From the IMG/VR virus record IMGVR_UViG_3300025875_000037, positions 1-52,886 of that record: a stretch of 52,886 nt of DNA. One strand, given 5' to 3'. The notes below the pieces were generated by a model, which was not told the DNA's origin, did not search any database, and saw only the letters and a program-made list of their open reading frames with translations. Below, one piece after another: positions 17,387 to 26,210 of this stretch (positions are counted from its first letter, which is position 1; every line of letters begins with the position of its first letter). The position numbers and the translations under genes are program-made. Source of the stretch: a virus (taxonomy: Duplodnaviria > Caudoviricetes).

Positions 17387-17513
17387 CCCAGGATGTTCAC
17401 AATGGTCTAGGCTGCAAGTAGTAGGGCCGCCGAACGTGGCGGCGCCCCTCGGACCTGCCAGGGTCCTCGGGGCGCCTCGTGCCCTCCCCGTCACCGGCAG
17501 GGAGTCACTAGGA

Positions 17514-17936
17514 ATGAGCGTACCGCGAGACAGAGCTGAGACATCTCTCCCCGACGCCCTCGCACTCATCGGAGCCGTCCGAGACGGCGGACCCGATGCC
17601 GTGGCGGCGGTCATGGCGCGGGCTGATCTGCCAGCCGTGGTTGTCGTACTGGCAGCGATGGTGCCCGACGACCGTACGCCTGGCGAGCTGTTGGCCTGGG
17701 CCGACCCGACAGCGGTCGAGCGGGAACGCAAACGGGACGAGGCGAAACTGGAACGGCTACGGCGCCGCCACGCGGCCGGGCAGAGGACGCTGCAACCCTG
17801 CGGTACCCATGCCGCGTACACGCGCCACAAGAACCGCTGCGAGGAGGCCTGTGAGGCATGCGTCCTCGCTGAACGGATTTACCAGCGTGACCGGATGCGC
17901 CGTCGTCGCGGGCAGGCCGACGAGTCCGCCGCGTGA
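17514..17936 (+). CDS. hypothetical protein with a Cys/His motif common in actinophages
   Basis: 'PCGTHAAYTRH...CEAC'. Confidence 0.6.
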   Translation: MSVPRDRAETSLPDALALIGAVRDGGPDAVAAVMARADLPAVVVVLAAMVPDDRTPGELLAWADPTAVERERKRDEAKLERLRRRHAAGQRTLQPCGTHAAYTRHKNRCEEACEACVLAERIYQRDRMRRRRGQADESAA

Positions 17937-18535
17937 ACCCCGACAGTCTTCGAGACCGATGGCGCGTCGAGGTGTTTCGATCTGCCGCGATCAACGATGG
18001 GACACGGGTCCTGCTGCTGGCGCTCGCGGAGGGCATGGACGGGCGCGGCTACGTCTCGACGCCCCGCTTAACGCTTGCCCTTCGGGTCGGCAAGAGCGAG
18101 CGCAAGGTGTCTCAGAGGCTACAGGAGGCAGTCGCGGCGCGCCTACTGGATCGGGTGCAGCGCGGACACAAGGGCACGACAGCGACCTACCGAGCCCTTT
18201 TGCCAGACGCCGTAAGGGTGACGACTACCGGCACCCTTACGGATGCCAAAGGGTGCCGGGTACATGCACCCTTCAAGGGGGACCCCGGGGTTCCCGCTAT
18301 GCACGCTCAAAGGGTGAACCCCGGGGGTCCCACCAGTAGTAAGCCGGACCACCAGAACACCGAGCCCGTGACGGCTGACAGCGCGCAAGGTCGGAAGGTC
18401 TCTGATGACCAAGAAGAACAGACAGGCCTCGACTGGCGGGTCAAGTCACGTCCCGTGGTCGATCACGCAGCCGAGGCGCAGTCGAGGCTGGCGCTGGTTG
18501 AGCGGGCCCGCGAGAGCTGGGGGATGACCGGGTGA
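17933..18535 (+). CDS. putative replication initiator (N-terminal winged HTH)
   Basis: 'LTLALRVGKSERKVSQRL'; iteron-like repeats inside the gene. Confidence 0.6.
   Translation: MNPDSLRDRWRVEVFRSAAINDGTRVLLLALAEGMDGRGYVSTPRLTLALRVGKSERKVSQRLQEAVAARLLDRVQRGHKGTTATYRALLPDAVRVTTTGTLTDAKGCRVHAPFKGDPGVPAMHAQRVNPGGPTSSKPDHQNTEPVTADSAQGRKVSDDQEEQTGLDWRVKSRPVVDHAAEAQSRLALVERARESWGMTG
18210..18335. repeat. iteron-like palindromes AAGGGTG-N11-CACCCTT (putative origin)
   Basis: clear copies at 18210-18242 and 18249-18273; degenerate copies from 18275 and 18310. Confidence 0.65.
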
Positions 18536-18873
18536 GCGAACTGGCGAAGCATGTCGGCCATTGGCTACAGGTGCGGTCCGCGCGCGAACTGCGCTGTCAC
18601 CCTTGTTCTCAGACGATCTTGCTGCCGAGTACCGCGACGGAACCGCGTACGCCCCCCCGTGCGGACGCCGACCAGTGCACTAGGCACCCTGGCGAGTGGG
18701 AGGGGTTCTGCCGTCTCTGCCCTCACGAGGACGCCGACCTGCGCCCGCGACCGCAGCGGGCCCGTCAGAGCGCGAGCTTGGCCGTCATCGAGCAGGCGAA
18801 GGCGGACGTTGCGGCGGCTCTTGCGCGCAGGCCAGTCCCGGAGGACTCTCAGACTTGTCCGGGCGCAGGGTGA
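18532..18873 (+). CDS. hypothetical Cys-rich protein
   Basis: CHPC and CTRH...CRLC motifs. Confidence 0.55.
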   Translation: MSELAKHVGHWLQVRSARELRCHPCSQTILLPSTATEPRTPPRADADQCTRHPGEWEGFCRLCPHEDADLRPRPQRARQSASLAVIEQAKADVAAALARRPVPEDSQTCPGAG

Positions 18874-19298
18874 AGCGCGGTGGCTCGCTGCCGCGCCGGA
18901 CCGCGCTCGGGCGCGGGGCGCCGCTGGCGCGGACGGTCGAGCCTCCGCGCCAGCGAGCCCCCCTGCCTGCCCGGTCGGCGAGAATGCGGGCGCTGTACGT
19001 CGAGCGCCGACCACTAGTCGACGCCCTGCTGGCCGAGCGCCCGTGGTGCGAGGCGGGCATTCCGGGGTTGTGCACAGGCCGGTCCACAGACGTGCACGAG
19101 CTGCTGTCGCGGGGTCGTTCGGGGTCGATCACGGACGTGCCGAACCTGCTGTGCCTCTGCCGTCGCTGTCACGAGCACGTCACGGGCGAGCCGTCGTGGG
19201 CCGAGCGGCACGGGCTGGCGCTGTCTACCGGGCAGGTGGTGCAAGTGGACACGGACTGCCGCGACACGGCGTGCGGGATAGACCACCGCTTGCCGTAG
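18870..19298 (+). CDS. HNH endonuclease
   Basis: 'CEA...CTGRSTDVHE...RGRSGS...NLLCLCRRCHEHV'. Confidence 0.8.
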   Translation: MKRGGSLPRRTALGRGAPLARTVEPPRQRAPLPARSARMRALYVERRPLVDALLAERPWCEAGIPGLCTGRSTDVHELLSRGRSGSITDVPNLLCLCRRCHEHVTGEPSWAERHGLALSTGQVVQVDTDCRDTACGIDHRLP

Positions 19299-19342
19299 AG
19301 GACGAGGGGCGCTAGGGTCCGGCTACATCAACGTCCTGGAGG
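19290..19342 (+). promoter_or_regulatory. promoter/RBS cassette copy 4
   Basis: TTGCCG-N17-TAGGGT-ccggc-TACA, CCTGGAGG (19335), ATG 19348. Confidence 0.75.
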
Positions 19343-19347
19343 AAAGC

Positions 19348-19575
19348 ATGGCCACGTGGGACTTCGAAGGTACGACGGTCCGCGACCTGATCGACATGGC
19401 GGTGCAGGCCGAGCACGACGGCGAGGCGGTCGAGTTCCTCGCTGCGTATCGCGAGACGACCGAGCACGCCGACGCGAACCTCGGCTACGTCTTCGGCTAC
19501 CTGAGCCCCGAGGCGCGCGAACGGCTCTACGCCGCGTACCGCGTCAACCACCCCGTGTTCGGCGGCTCGGTCTGA
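19348..19575 (+). CDS. hypothetical protein
   Basis: cassette RBS; strong codon bias. Confidence 0.65.
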   Translation: MATWDFEGTTVRDLIDMAVQAEHDGEAVEFLAAYRETTEHADANLGYVFGYLSPEARERLYAAYRVNHPVFGGSV

Positions 19576-19973
19576 TGGGTGCCGCCTACTGGATCGGAGA
19601 CAACGGCTACGCCCGGGTGACGTACAACCTCGGGCGCTACCTGCGGGCGTTCGGGCTGCCCGACTGGCGGGCGATGGAGGGCGCGCCGCCCGTCGAGCTG
19701 GCCGGCGTCCTCGCGGGCGTCGCTCGTCACGACGCTGCGCGACGCGTGTGCGGCCAACCCGGACAGCGAGTTGGAGGCGAGCCTATGACCGGCCTCGACT
19801 GCTCCACCTCCGGCTGCTCCCGCCGTGGCGTCCGCACCGTCAACGGCGCTCGCTGCTGTCTGTTTCACCCTGACGAGGAGCCCCCGGACCTGGACCCGGA
19901 CGGCAAGAAGCGGGACCCCAAGAAGGTCGAGCAGGCACGCAAGAAGGCAGCCATGAGCAGGGGGAAGCCGTGA
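19575..19973 (+). CDS. hypothetical protein, possibly two genes fused by a frameshift (internal start 19785)
   Basis: internal GGAGG plus ATGA at 19785. Confidence 0.45.
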   Translation: MGAAYWIGDNGYARVTYNLGRYLRAFGLPDWRAMEGAPPVELAGVLAGVARHDAARRVCGQPGQRVGGEPMTGLDCSTSGCSRRGVRTVNGARCCLFHPDEEPPDLDPDGKKRDPKKVEQARKKAAMSRGKP

Positions 19974-20092
19974 CCGAGGACGACGAGATCGACACGTGCC
20001 ACGTCTGTGACGGCGCTGGCCGCATCCGCACGGCAGCAGGTCGCACGATCGACTGCCCGGAGTGCGACGGCTACGGGCAGGTGCGGGCATGA
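19970..20092 (+). CDS. small DnaJ-type zinc-finger protein
   Basis: read manually: CHVCDGAG and CPECDGYG. Confidence 0.6.
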   Translation: MTEDDEIDTCHVCDGAGRIRTAAGRTIDCPECDGYGQVRA

Positions 20093-20355
20093 GGGCGCCG
20101 TGGTCCTGCGTTTGCGGGCGCCGTTGGTCGTCCACGTCGCAAGCACACTGCACCGGCTGCCACGAGCACTTCGCCAGCGTCGCGGTGAGTGATCACCACC
20201 AGACGTACGGACCTGACCGTCAGCCGACGTGCCACCCACCTGCGGAGGTGCGTACGGCGAAGACGGCCAAGCAGGTCTATCGGCTGAGCAAGGAAGCCGA
20301 GGGCCCTGTCTGGCGGTCGTTTCAGCGCCGCGACCCCGCCGACTTCGATGGCTAG
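20089..20355 (+). CDS. Zn-binding phage protein (FDXHR-like)
   Basis: 'CVCGRRW...AHCTGCHEHF...SDHH'. Confidence 0.55.
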   Translation: MRAPWSCVCGRRWSSTSQAHCTGCHEHFASVAVSDHHQTYGPDRQPTCHPPAEVRTAKTAKQVYRLSKEAEGPVWRSFQRRDPADFDG

Positions 20356-20680
20356 GCCCCGCCGCCGACCGGAGAACGACTTCCAGCGGTCCGTTCTCGA
20401 CCTGGCAGCCCTGTACCGCTGGGATGCCTGGCACAACCCGGACAGCCGCAAGACACGAGCAGGCTGGATCGACCTGACGCTGCTCGGTCACGGGCGGGCG
20501 CTGTTCGCCGAACTCAAGTCGAGCACCGGCCGGGCGACCGCGGAGCAGCGGCTCGTGCTCGACCAGCTCGAAGACGCGGGCTGCGAGGTGGCGCTGTGGC
20601 GGCCCGTGCACCTGCCGCTGATCGCCCGCGCGCTCGGGCCGCAGCAGGAGCGCCTGACGCCGTGGCGGGGCGAGCGATGA
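20348..20680 (+). CDS. VRR-NUC family nuclease
   Basis: 'ENDFQ...AGWIDLTL...FAELKSSTGRAT.EQ...WRP'. Confidence 0.8.
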   Translation: MARPRRRPENDFQRSVLDLAALYRWDAWHNPDSRKTRAGWIDLTLLGHGRALFAELKSSTGRATAEQRLVLDQLEDAGCEVALWRPVHLPLIARALGPQQERLTPWRGER

Positions 20681-20901
20681 TTGGTCGCATGCGTCCGCTG
20701 CCGCCTGAGCCTGTTGAGCGCGTCCGGCTCGCGAGCGCCCGTCGTTGCGCGGACTGCGCCGCGCTCGCAGGCGCTCCTGCGCTTGTCACGTCGCTGCACG
20801 TCGTCCTGCTGTGCCCCAACGCCGAGCGCAACACGGCGCTTCTCGCCGGGCTGCTCGGCCCGAAGCCCTCAAGGTCCCGCCGCCGCACGCCGAAGCAGTA
20901 G
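20677..20901 (+). CDS. hypothetical protein
   Basis: ATGA overlap; CxxC motif. Confidence 0.45.
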   Translation: MIGRMRPLPPEPVERVRLASARRCADCAALAGAPALVTSLHVVLLCPNAERNTALLAGLLGPKPSRSRRRTPKQ

Positions 20902-20943
20902 AGGTCGGGGACGGACCCCGGCACCGACTTACGGAGGCACCGC

Positions 20944-21102
20944 ATGATCCGCAAGCTGACCCTCATCACCGGCACGGCCCTGCTCGTCGGCATCGTCACG
21001 GCAGGCCCGGCGTCGGCCGGCGTCAAGTGGCAGGGTTCGGGCACGGACGGCGTGAAGTTCGGCGTCCCGTCCGGCAACACGTGGACGGGCACGCACCGCT
21101 AG
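20944..21102 (+). CDS. 52-aa secreted peptide precursor
   Basis: read manually; GGAGG RBS; MIRK, hydrophobic core and PASA cleavage motif. Confidence 0.65.
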   Translation: MIRKLTLITGTALLVGIVTAGPASAGVKWQGSGTDGVKFGVPSGNTWTGTHR

Positions 21103-21119
21103 GTCCGCCTAGTCTCGGC

Positions 21120-21160
21120 GGTCGCGGTTCTCGGGAAGGGGAAGCCCGGGGGCCGCGACC
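21120..21160 (+). terminator. long hairpin / terminator after the peptide gene
   Basis: GGTCGCGGTTCTCGGG / CCCGGGGGCCGCGACC with G-U pairs on the + strand. Confidence 0.6.
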
Positions 21161-21174
21161 CCCGTTAGGGGGGC

Positions 21175-21232
21175 TTGCGTTCTGGCGCAAGAGGCGCTAG
21201 GGTCGGCCTACAAACCGCGAGGCACCTGGAGG
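21175..21232 (+). promoter_or_regulatory. promoter/RBS cassette copy 5
   Basis: TTGCGT-N17-TAGGGT-cggcc-TACA, CCTGGAGG (21225), ATG 21237. Confidence 0.75.
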
Positions 21233-21236
21233 CGCC

Positions 21237-21632
21237 ATGACGACCGAGCCGACCCTGAACGTCGAGCTGATGGACAAGACGCTGGACTTCATTGAGCAGC
21301 ACCCCGAGAACCACTACCAGGGCGCATGGATGCGCAAGGGAGTCGAGGACGCCCCGGCTGTCGACCTCCCCGACGGGCGTCACCTCTGCGGCACGGCCGC
21401 GTGCTTCGCCGGCTGGGCGGTCACTCTGGCTGGCGAGACGATGGACATCTACGGCTACCTCGTGGAGTCGGACGGCACGACTAAGCGACACGTCGAGAAC
21501 GTCGCCGCCGAGATGCTCGGACTCGACCGATGGTCCGCCGACGTGCTCTTCGCCGCCCGCAACAAGCGTGCGGACCTGCGGCGCATGGTCGAGAACATCA
21601 AGGCAGGCCGCGACGCTAACGAGGACGCGTGA
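21237..21632 (+). CDS. hypothetical protein of a type common in actinophages
   Basis: 'QGAW...CGTAACFAGWAV'. Confidence 0.65.
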   Translation: MTTEPTLNVELMDKTLDFIEQHPENHYQGAWMRKGVEDAPAVDLPDGRHLCGTAACFAGWAVTLAGETMDIYGYLVESDGTTKRHVENVAAEMLGLDRWSADVLFAARNKRADLRRMVENIKAGRDANEDA

Positions 21633-21868
21633 CCCTCTCCACCGGCTTCTACCTCGACGGCTGGGGTCTGGCCTGCGCCGAGGTGACCGTCCCTGCCGGC
21701 GAGCACCCGGACGAGCCGACGATCCGCGAGGCCGCCCGCGCCAAGGCTGCCGCCGAGCTGGTGGCTCGCGGCTACACGCAGGCGGCTGCTGATGTCGTCG
21801 CGCTGGTCAAGACAGGCGAGGCGGATGTTGGGATCGACCGTCTGCACCGCTACCGAGAGGTGGACTAG
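21629..21868 (+). CDS. hypothetical protein
   Basis: overlap-coupled ORF. Confidence 0.55.
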   Translation: MTLSTGFYLDGWGLACAEVTVPAGEHPDEPTIREAARAKAAAELVARGYTQAAADVVALVKTGEADVGIDRLHRYREVD

Positions 21869-23167
21869 ATGAGCGACTACGCCGAGTTCCTGGCGCGCAA
21901 GACGCGCGTGCATGGGGAGAACGGCGTGGACGTCGAGCCGTCGCAGGTGCACCCCAGGCTGCACGAGTGGCAGTCAGACCTGGTGCGGTGGGCAGCCAAG
22001 ACGGGCAGGTGCGCGATCTGGGCTGACACCGGGCTCGGGAAGACCGTCATGCAGGTCGAGTGGGCGCGGCTCGTCGGCGTTCGGTCGCTCATCATCGCCC
22101 CACTGGCCGTCTGCGCCCAGACCGTCCGCGAGGCCGCCACGGTCGGTGTGCCTGCGACCTACGCCCGCAACGACGCCGAAGCGGCCGGCCCCGGGCTGTG
22201 GGTGACCAACTATGAGCGCGTCAAGGACTTCGCCCCGGAAGGCTTTGACGCCGTCGTGCTGGATGAGGCCAGCATCCTCAAGCAGTCGGACGGCAAGACG
22301 CGCACGGCGCTGATCGCATGGGCGGCGCAGGTCAAGCACCGACTGGCGTGCACCGCGACTCCTGCCCCCAACGACGTCGAGGAGTTGACGTCGCAGGCTG
22401 AGTGGGTCGGGGCCATGAGTCGGGTCAACATGCTCGCGTCGTACTTCGTCCACGACTCCGACGCCGGCTGGCGGCTCAAGGGGCACGCGCGCCGGCCGAT
22501 GCTGCGGTGGATGGGCACGTGGGCCGTGGCGCTCCGGCGTCCGTCCGACCTCGGCTACGCCGACGAGGGCTACATCTTGCCAGGACTGGACGTCATCCCG
22601 CACCTGCTGCCGGTTGAGGGTCTGGTCCCCGAAGGGCAACTGTTCGCCACCGACCTCGGCGGCGTCGGTGGGCGGGCTGCCGTCCGCCGCGCGTCACTGG
22701 CCGCCCGCGTCGGACGGGCCGTGGACCTGGTGGCCGCCGAGCCTGCCGAGCCGTGGGTGCTGTGGTGCGGACTCAACGACGAGGCTGAGGTGTTAGCGCG
22801 CGCGATCCCGGGCGCCCGCAACATCACGGGCAGCATGAGCGCGGAGGACAAGGCAGCAGGACTGCTGGCGTTCGCTGACCGCGAGTTCGACGTGCTCGTG
22901 GTCAAGCCGCAGATCGCAGCGATGGGGCTCAACTGGCAGCACTGCGCTCGCATGGCGTTCGTCGGTCTGTCCGACTCCTATGAGACGTACTACCAGTCGA
23001 TCCGACGGTGCTACCGCTACGGGCAGACCCGCCGCGTGCATGCGCACGTGATCCTGTCCCAGCTCGAAGGGCAGATCGCGCAGAACATCGCCCGCAAAGA
23101 GCAGTCCAGCACGTCCATTCTCGATGACCTGGTGCGCGAGATGCGCGCCGCGAAGGAGACTCCATGA
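21869..23167 (+). CDS. SF2 (SNF2-like) helicase
   Basis: 'DTGLGKT', 'VLDEAS', 'TATP', 'GLNWQ', 'QSIRRCYRYGQ'. Confidence 0.88.
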   Translation: MSDYAEFLARKTRVHGENGVDVEPSQVHPRLHEWQSDLVRWAAKTGRCAIWADTGLGKTVMQVEWARLVGVRSLIIAPLAVCAQTVREAATVGVPATYARNDAEAAGPGLWVTNYERVKDFAPEGFDAVVLDEASILKQSDGKTRTALIAWAAQVKHRLACTATPAPNDVEELTSQAEWVGAMSRVNMLASYFVHDSDAGWRLKGHARRPMLRWMGTWAVALRRPSDLGYADEGYILPGLDVIPHLLPVEGLVPEGQLFATDLGGVGGRAAVRRASLAARVGRAVDLVAAEPAEPWVLWCGLNDEAEVLARAIPGARNITGSMSAEDKAAGLLAFADREFDVLVVKPQIAAMGLNWQHCARMAFVGLSDSYETYYQSIRRCYRYGQTRRVHAHVILSQLEGQIAQNIARKEQSSTSILDDLVREMRAAKETP

Positions 23168-24081
23168 CCATCACGGCGAACGTCGGCACCGAGCCGGAGC
23201 CGTACATCACCGATGACGCGGCCGGCACCAACTGGCAGCTCATGCTCGGCGACTCATGCGAGCGACTGGCCGAGATCGCGGACAACAGCGTCGACCTGAG
23301 CGTCTACAGTCCGCCCTTCGCGTCGCTGTTCACCTACAGCCCGAGCCTGCGCGACCTCGGCAACAGCGGGGATCGGCTGGAGTTCCTGGAGCACTACCGC
23401 TACATCCTCGACCACATGCTCCGCGTGACCAAGCCCGGACGCATCTCGTGCGTCCACGTTCAGCAGCTCACGACGAGCAAGAGCATGCACGGGCAGATCG
23501 GGCTGACCGACTTCCGCGGTGAGGTAATCCGGGCGCACCAGGCCGCGGGGTGGGTGTTCCACGGTGAGGTCACCATCGACAAGGACCCGCAGGCGCAGGC
23601 GATCCGCACCAAGGCTCAGGCCCTCATGTTCGCCACCAAGAACCGCGACTCCAGCGGCACTCGCCCTGGGTTGGCGGACTACCTGTTGCTGTTCAAGAAG
23701 CCGGGCGACAACGCCGTGCCGATCAAGACGGACGTGTCGAACGACGAGTGGATCCAGTGGGCGCGGCCGGTCTGGCTGGACATCCGCGAGACCAATACGC
23801 TCAACGTACGTGTCGCCCGCGAGGACGACGACGAGAAGCACATCTGCCCGCTTCAGCTCGACTTCATCGAGCGGTGCGTGCGGCTGTGGTCGAACCCGGG
23901 CGAGACGGTGCTGTCCCCGTTCGCTGGCATCGGGTCGGAGGGCTACGTGTCGGTGCAGCAGGGTCGGCAGTTCATCGGGTGCGAACTCAAGCCGTCGTAC
24001 TGGCAGACCGCGTGTGACAACCTGCGCGCCGTCGAGGCCGACATGAGCCGCCCCAGCCTGTTCGATGAGGACTCCGAGTGA
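23164..24081 (+). CDS. DNA amino-methyltransferase (N4-C/N6-A, beta class)
   Basis: catalytic 'SPPF' precedes SAM-binding 'PFAGIGS'. Confidence 0.88.
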   Translation: MTITANVGTEPEPYITDDAAGTNWQLMLGDSCERLAEIADNSVDLSVYSPPFASLFTYSPSLRDLGNSGDRLEFLEHYRYILDHMLRVTKPGRISCVHVQQLTTSKSMHGQIGLTDFRGEVIRAHQAAGWVFHGEVTIDKDPQAQAIRTKAQALMFATKNRDSSGTRPGLADYLLLFKKPGDNAVPIKTDVSNDEWIQWARPVWLDIRETNTLNVRVAREDDDEKHICPLQLDFIERCVRLWSNPGETVLSPFAGIGSEGYVSVQQGRQFIGCELKPSYWQTACDNLRAVEADMSRPSLFDEDSE

Positions 24082-24278
24082 GCGCGCCGCCCGCAGTTCC
24101 CGTGGCCCTCTCGCTGGCCATAGCCGACGACCCCTACGACGACATCCCGACGCTTGGATATGAGGACGTCATGGAGCTGCTCGACCTGTTGACCGAGCAG
24201 GCTCACTCCTTTTCCTGCTCGTGCGGCGTCTGTCGCGCCGTGGAACGACTGACTCGATGGACGAGGACTTTCCCGTGA
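24078..24278 (+). CDS. hypothetical protein
   Basis: GTGA overlap; Cys cluster. Confidence 0.5.
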   Translation: MSAPPAVPVALSLAIADDPYDDIPTLGYEDVMELLDLLTEQAHSFSCSCGVCRAVERLTRWTRTFP

Positions 24279-24298
24279 CCGACCCTGGAGGCACCACC

Positions 24299-25402
24299 AT
24301 GCACGTCACCATCGAGCGCGGCGCCCTCGCAGACGCCGTAGCGTGGGCCGGACGGGCGCTGCCGGCGAGGCCGGCTCAGGCCGTGCTCGGCGGCCTGCTC
24401 CTGTCCGCCACGGGCGACACGCTGGCCGTGTCGGCGTTCGACTACGAGACGAGCGCCGCCGCGTCTGCCGCCGTCCACGTCCGCGAGTCGGGCTCCGTCC
24501 TGGTGCCCGGCCGGGTCCTGGCAGACGTGGTGCCGACCCTCCCGGCGCATCCTGTAGAACTGTCGCTGACCGGCTCCGTCGTGACCCTGACATGCGGCCG
24601 CTCCCGCTTCACCGTGCCGACCATGCGGGTGGAAGACTACCCGAATCTGCCGGCGATGCCCGAGGCGTCCGGGACGGTGGACGCCGATCTGTTCGCGGAG
24701 GCGGTCCGGCAGGTCGCACCAGCCGTCAGCAAGGAGCCTCAGCCGCCCGAGCTCACCGGAGTCCACATCGAGGCGTCGGCGGACGGGCTGATCCTGGTGG
24801 CGACCGACCGCTACCGCATCGCCTACCGACGACTGCCGTGGTCCGGCGCGGACGGCACGGCGCTCGTGCCGGCGAAGACGCTGCTGGACGTGGCGAAGGG
24901 TGTCCGCGGCCCCACGGTGACCATCGGGCTCGGTGACGGGGTGATCGGGCTGTCCGGCGGCACCACACAGACGACGGCCCGGCTGCTCGGCGGCGAGTTC
25001 CCCGCATGGCGTCGCCTGTTCGGCAAGCCCGGCACGGAGGTCGCTGAGTTCGACACGGGCGAGATGGTCGACGTACTCAAGCGCGTCGGCTCGGCCAACT
25101 CGGCGAGCAAGCGCGTCTGGCTGACCTTCACCGCGCTCGGCGTCACGGTCGAGTCCCACAAGCAGGAGGGGCCGTCTGGCGTGGAGGAGGTCGACGCTGA
25201 CTGGCAGTCCGATCTGTCCGAGCTGCGCGTGTCCTACAGCGCCGCGTGGCTCCGCGAGGGCCTGTTGGCGCACGGCGCGGACCGCACGACGATGTACCTG
25301 CCGACGACAGGCCGCCCGCCCGCGCTGATTGTGCCCAAGGGTCAGGCATCCGACGACGAGGACGGCTTCCGTTACCTCGTGATGCCTGTCGTTGGCGCCT
25401 GA
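24299..25402 (+). CDS. dnaN: DNA polymerase III beta sliding clamp-like protein
   Basis: 367 aa; 'SAFDYE', 'EDYPNLP', 'VATDRYRI', 'RLLGGEFP', 'FRYLVMPV'. Confidence 0.88.
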   Translation: MHVTIERGALADAVAWAGRALPARPAQAVLGGLLLSATGDTLAVSAFDYETSAAASAAVHVRESGSVLVPGRVLADVVPTLPAHPVELSLTGSVVTLTCGRSRFTVPTMRVEDYPNLPAMPEASGTVDADLFAEAVRQVAPAVSKEPQPPELTGVHIEASADGLILVATDRYRIAYRRLPWSGADGTALVPAKTLLDVAKGVRGPTVTIGLGDGVIGLSGGTTQTTARLLGGEFPAWRRLFGKPGTEVAEFDTGEMVDVLKRVGSANSASKRVWLTFTALGVTVESHKQEGPSGVEEVDADWQSDLSELRVSYSAAWLREGLLAHGADRTTMYLPTTGRPPALIVPKGQASDDEDGFRYLVMPVVGA

Positions 25403-25437
25403 CCTGTCCCGTCCCGAGATCACCGAGAGGAAGACCG

Positions 25438-25671
25438 ATGCCTGAGACCGACGGCCTGATCGAGGTCGAGAACGTCAAGCGCGAGGCGCGGCAGACGATC
25501 GCCGCCTGGGGAGAGATCCCGCTGCGCACGCTCACCGAGAGTCTCGGTTGCCAGTGCGGACGACCGCGACAGGAGGTCGTCAGCCGGGCGCTCGCGCACA
25601 TGCTGACTAGCGGTGAGGCGCGGCTCGGCTCGGACAGGCACGTCAGCCTCGCCCCTGGTGCGTCCTCGTGA
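25438..25671 (+). CDS. hypothetical protein
   Basis: GAGGA RBS; junction repeat at the 3' end. Confidence 0.5.
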   Translation: MPETDGLIEVENVKREARQTIAAWGEIPLRTLTESLGCQCGRPRQEVVSRALAHMLTSGEARLGSDRHVSLAPGASS

Positions 25672-26210
25672 CCTCCCCGACCGCGACGGGCGGGAGTGAA
25701 GTGTCTGTGACGCCGCATGTCCTGGTCGTCGGCCCGTGCTCGGAGTGCACCGGCCCGACTGAAGGGCACCCGAACGGCTACCGCTGCGACCGGACGGACC
25801 TGACGTACCCGGCCGGGTGGGGCAGGCAGCCGCGTGAGCACCACCCCGACTTGACGATCGAGTGCCCCGGCATCCGTGAGGGCGCTTGTGAGGGGTGGCA
25901 GGACTGCGCGGTCGATGGTTGCCCGCTGCACTACCTGCACACCGACCCGGAAGTCTCCGCGCGGGCGCTTGAGGAAGACGGCTCCGAGGTGCAGCACGGC
26001 GTCGAGCACGAGCGCAACGACGGCGAGTGGCGGACACCGACCGGCAGTTGCTACCTCCCCGAGTTCGTTGCGCTCGCAGAGGCAGCCGAGGCGCTCGACC
26101 TCAAGCCGTGCGAGGGCCGCGTCCTCGTGCATCACTCTTACGAGGGCGACGGGTTCACCGTTCTGGAGCGCGTGCCGGTCGCCACCCCCCGTCCGGCGGT
26201 GTCCTCGTGA
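25668..26210 (+). CDS. hypothetical Cys-rich protein
   Basis: overlap-coupled ORF. Confidence 0.55.
   Translation: MTSPTATGGSEVSVTPHVLVVGPCSECTGPTEGHPNGYRCDRTDLTYPAGWGRQPREHHPDLTIECPGIREGACEGWQDCAVDGCPLHYLHTDPEVSARALEEDGSEVQHGVEHERNDGEWRTPTGSCYLPEFVALAEAAEALDLKPCEGRVLVHHSYEGDGFTVLERVPVATPRPAVSS

Noticed and set aside
20944-21102. Calling the peptide a true arbitrium system
   Set aside because: No AimR-like TPR protein and no lysogeny module visible; kept only as an unexplained secreted peptide.
21869-24081. Helicase plus MTase as a DISARM or restriction defence system
   Set aside because: No restriction nuclease or other partner genes; such pairs are common in phage early regions.
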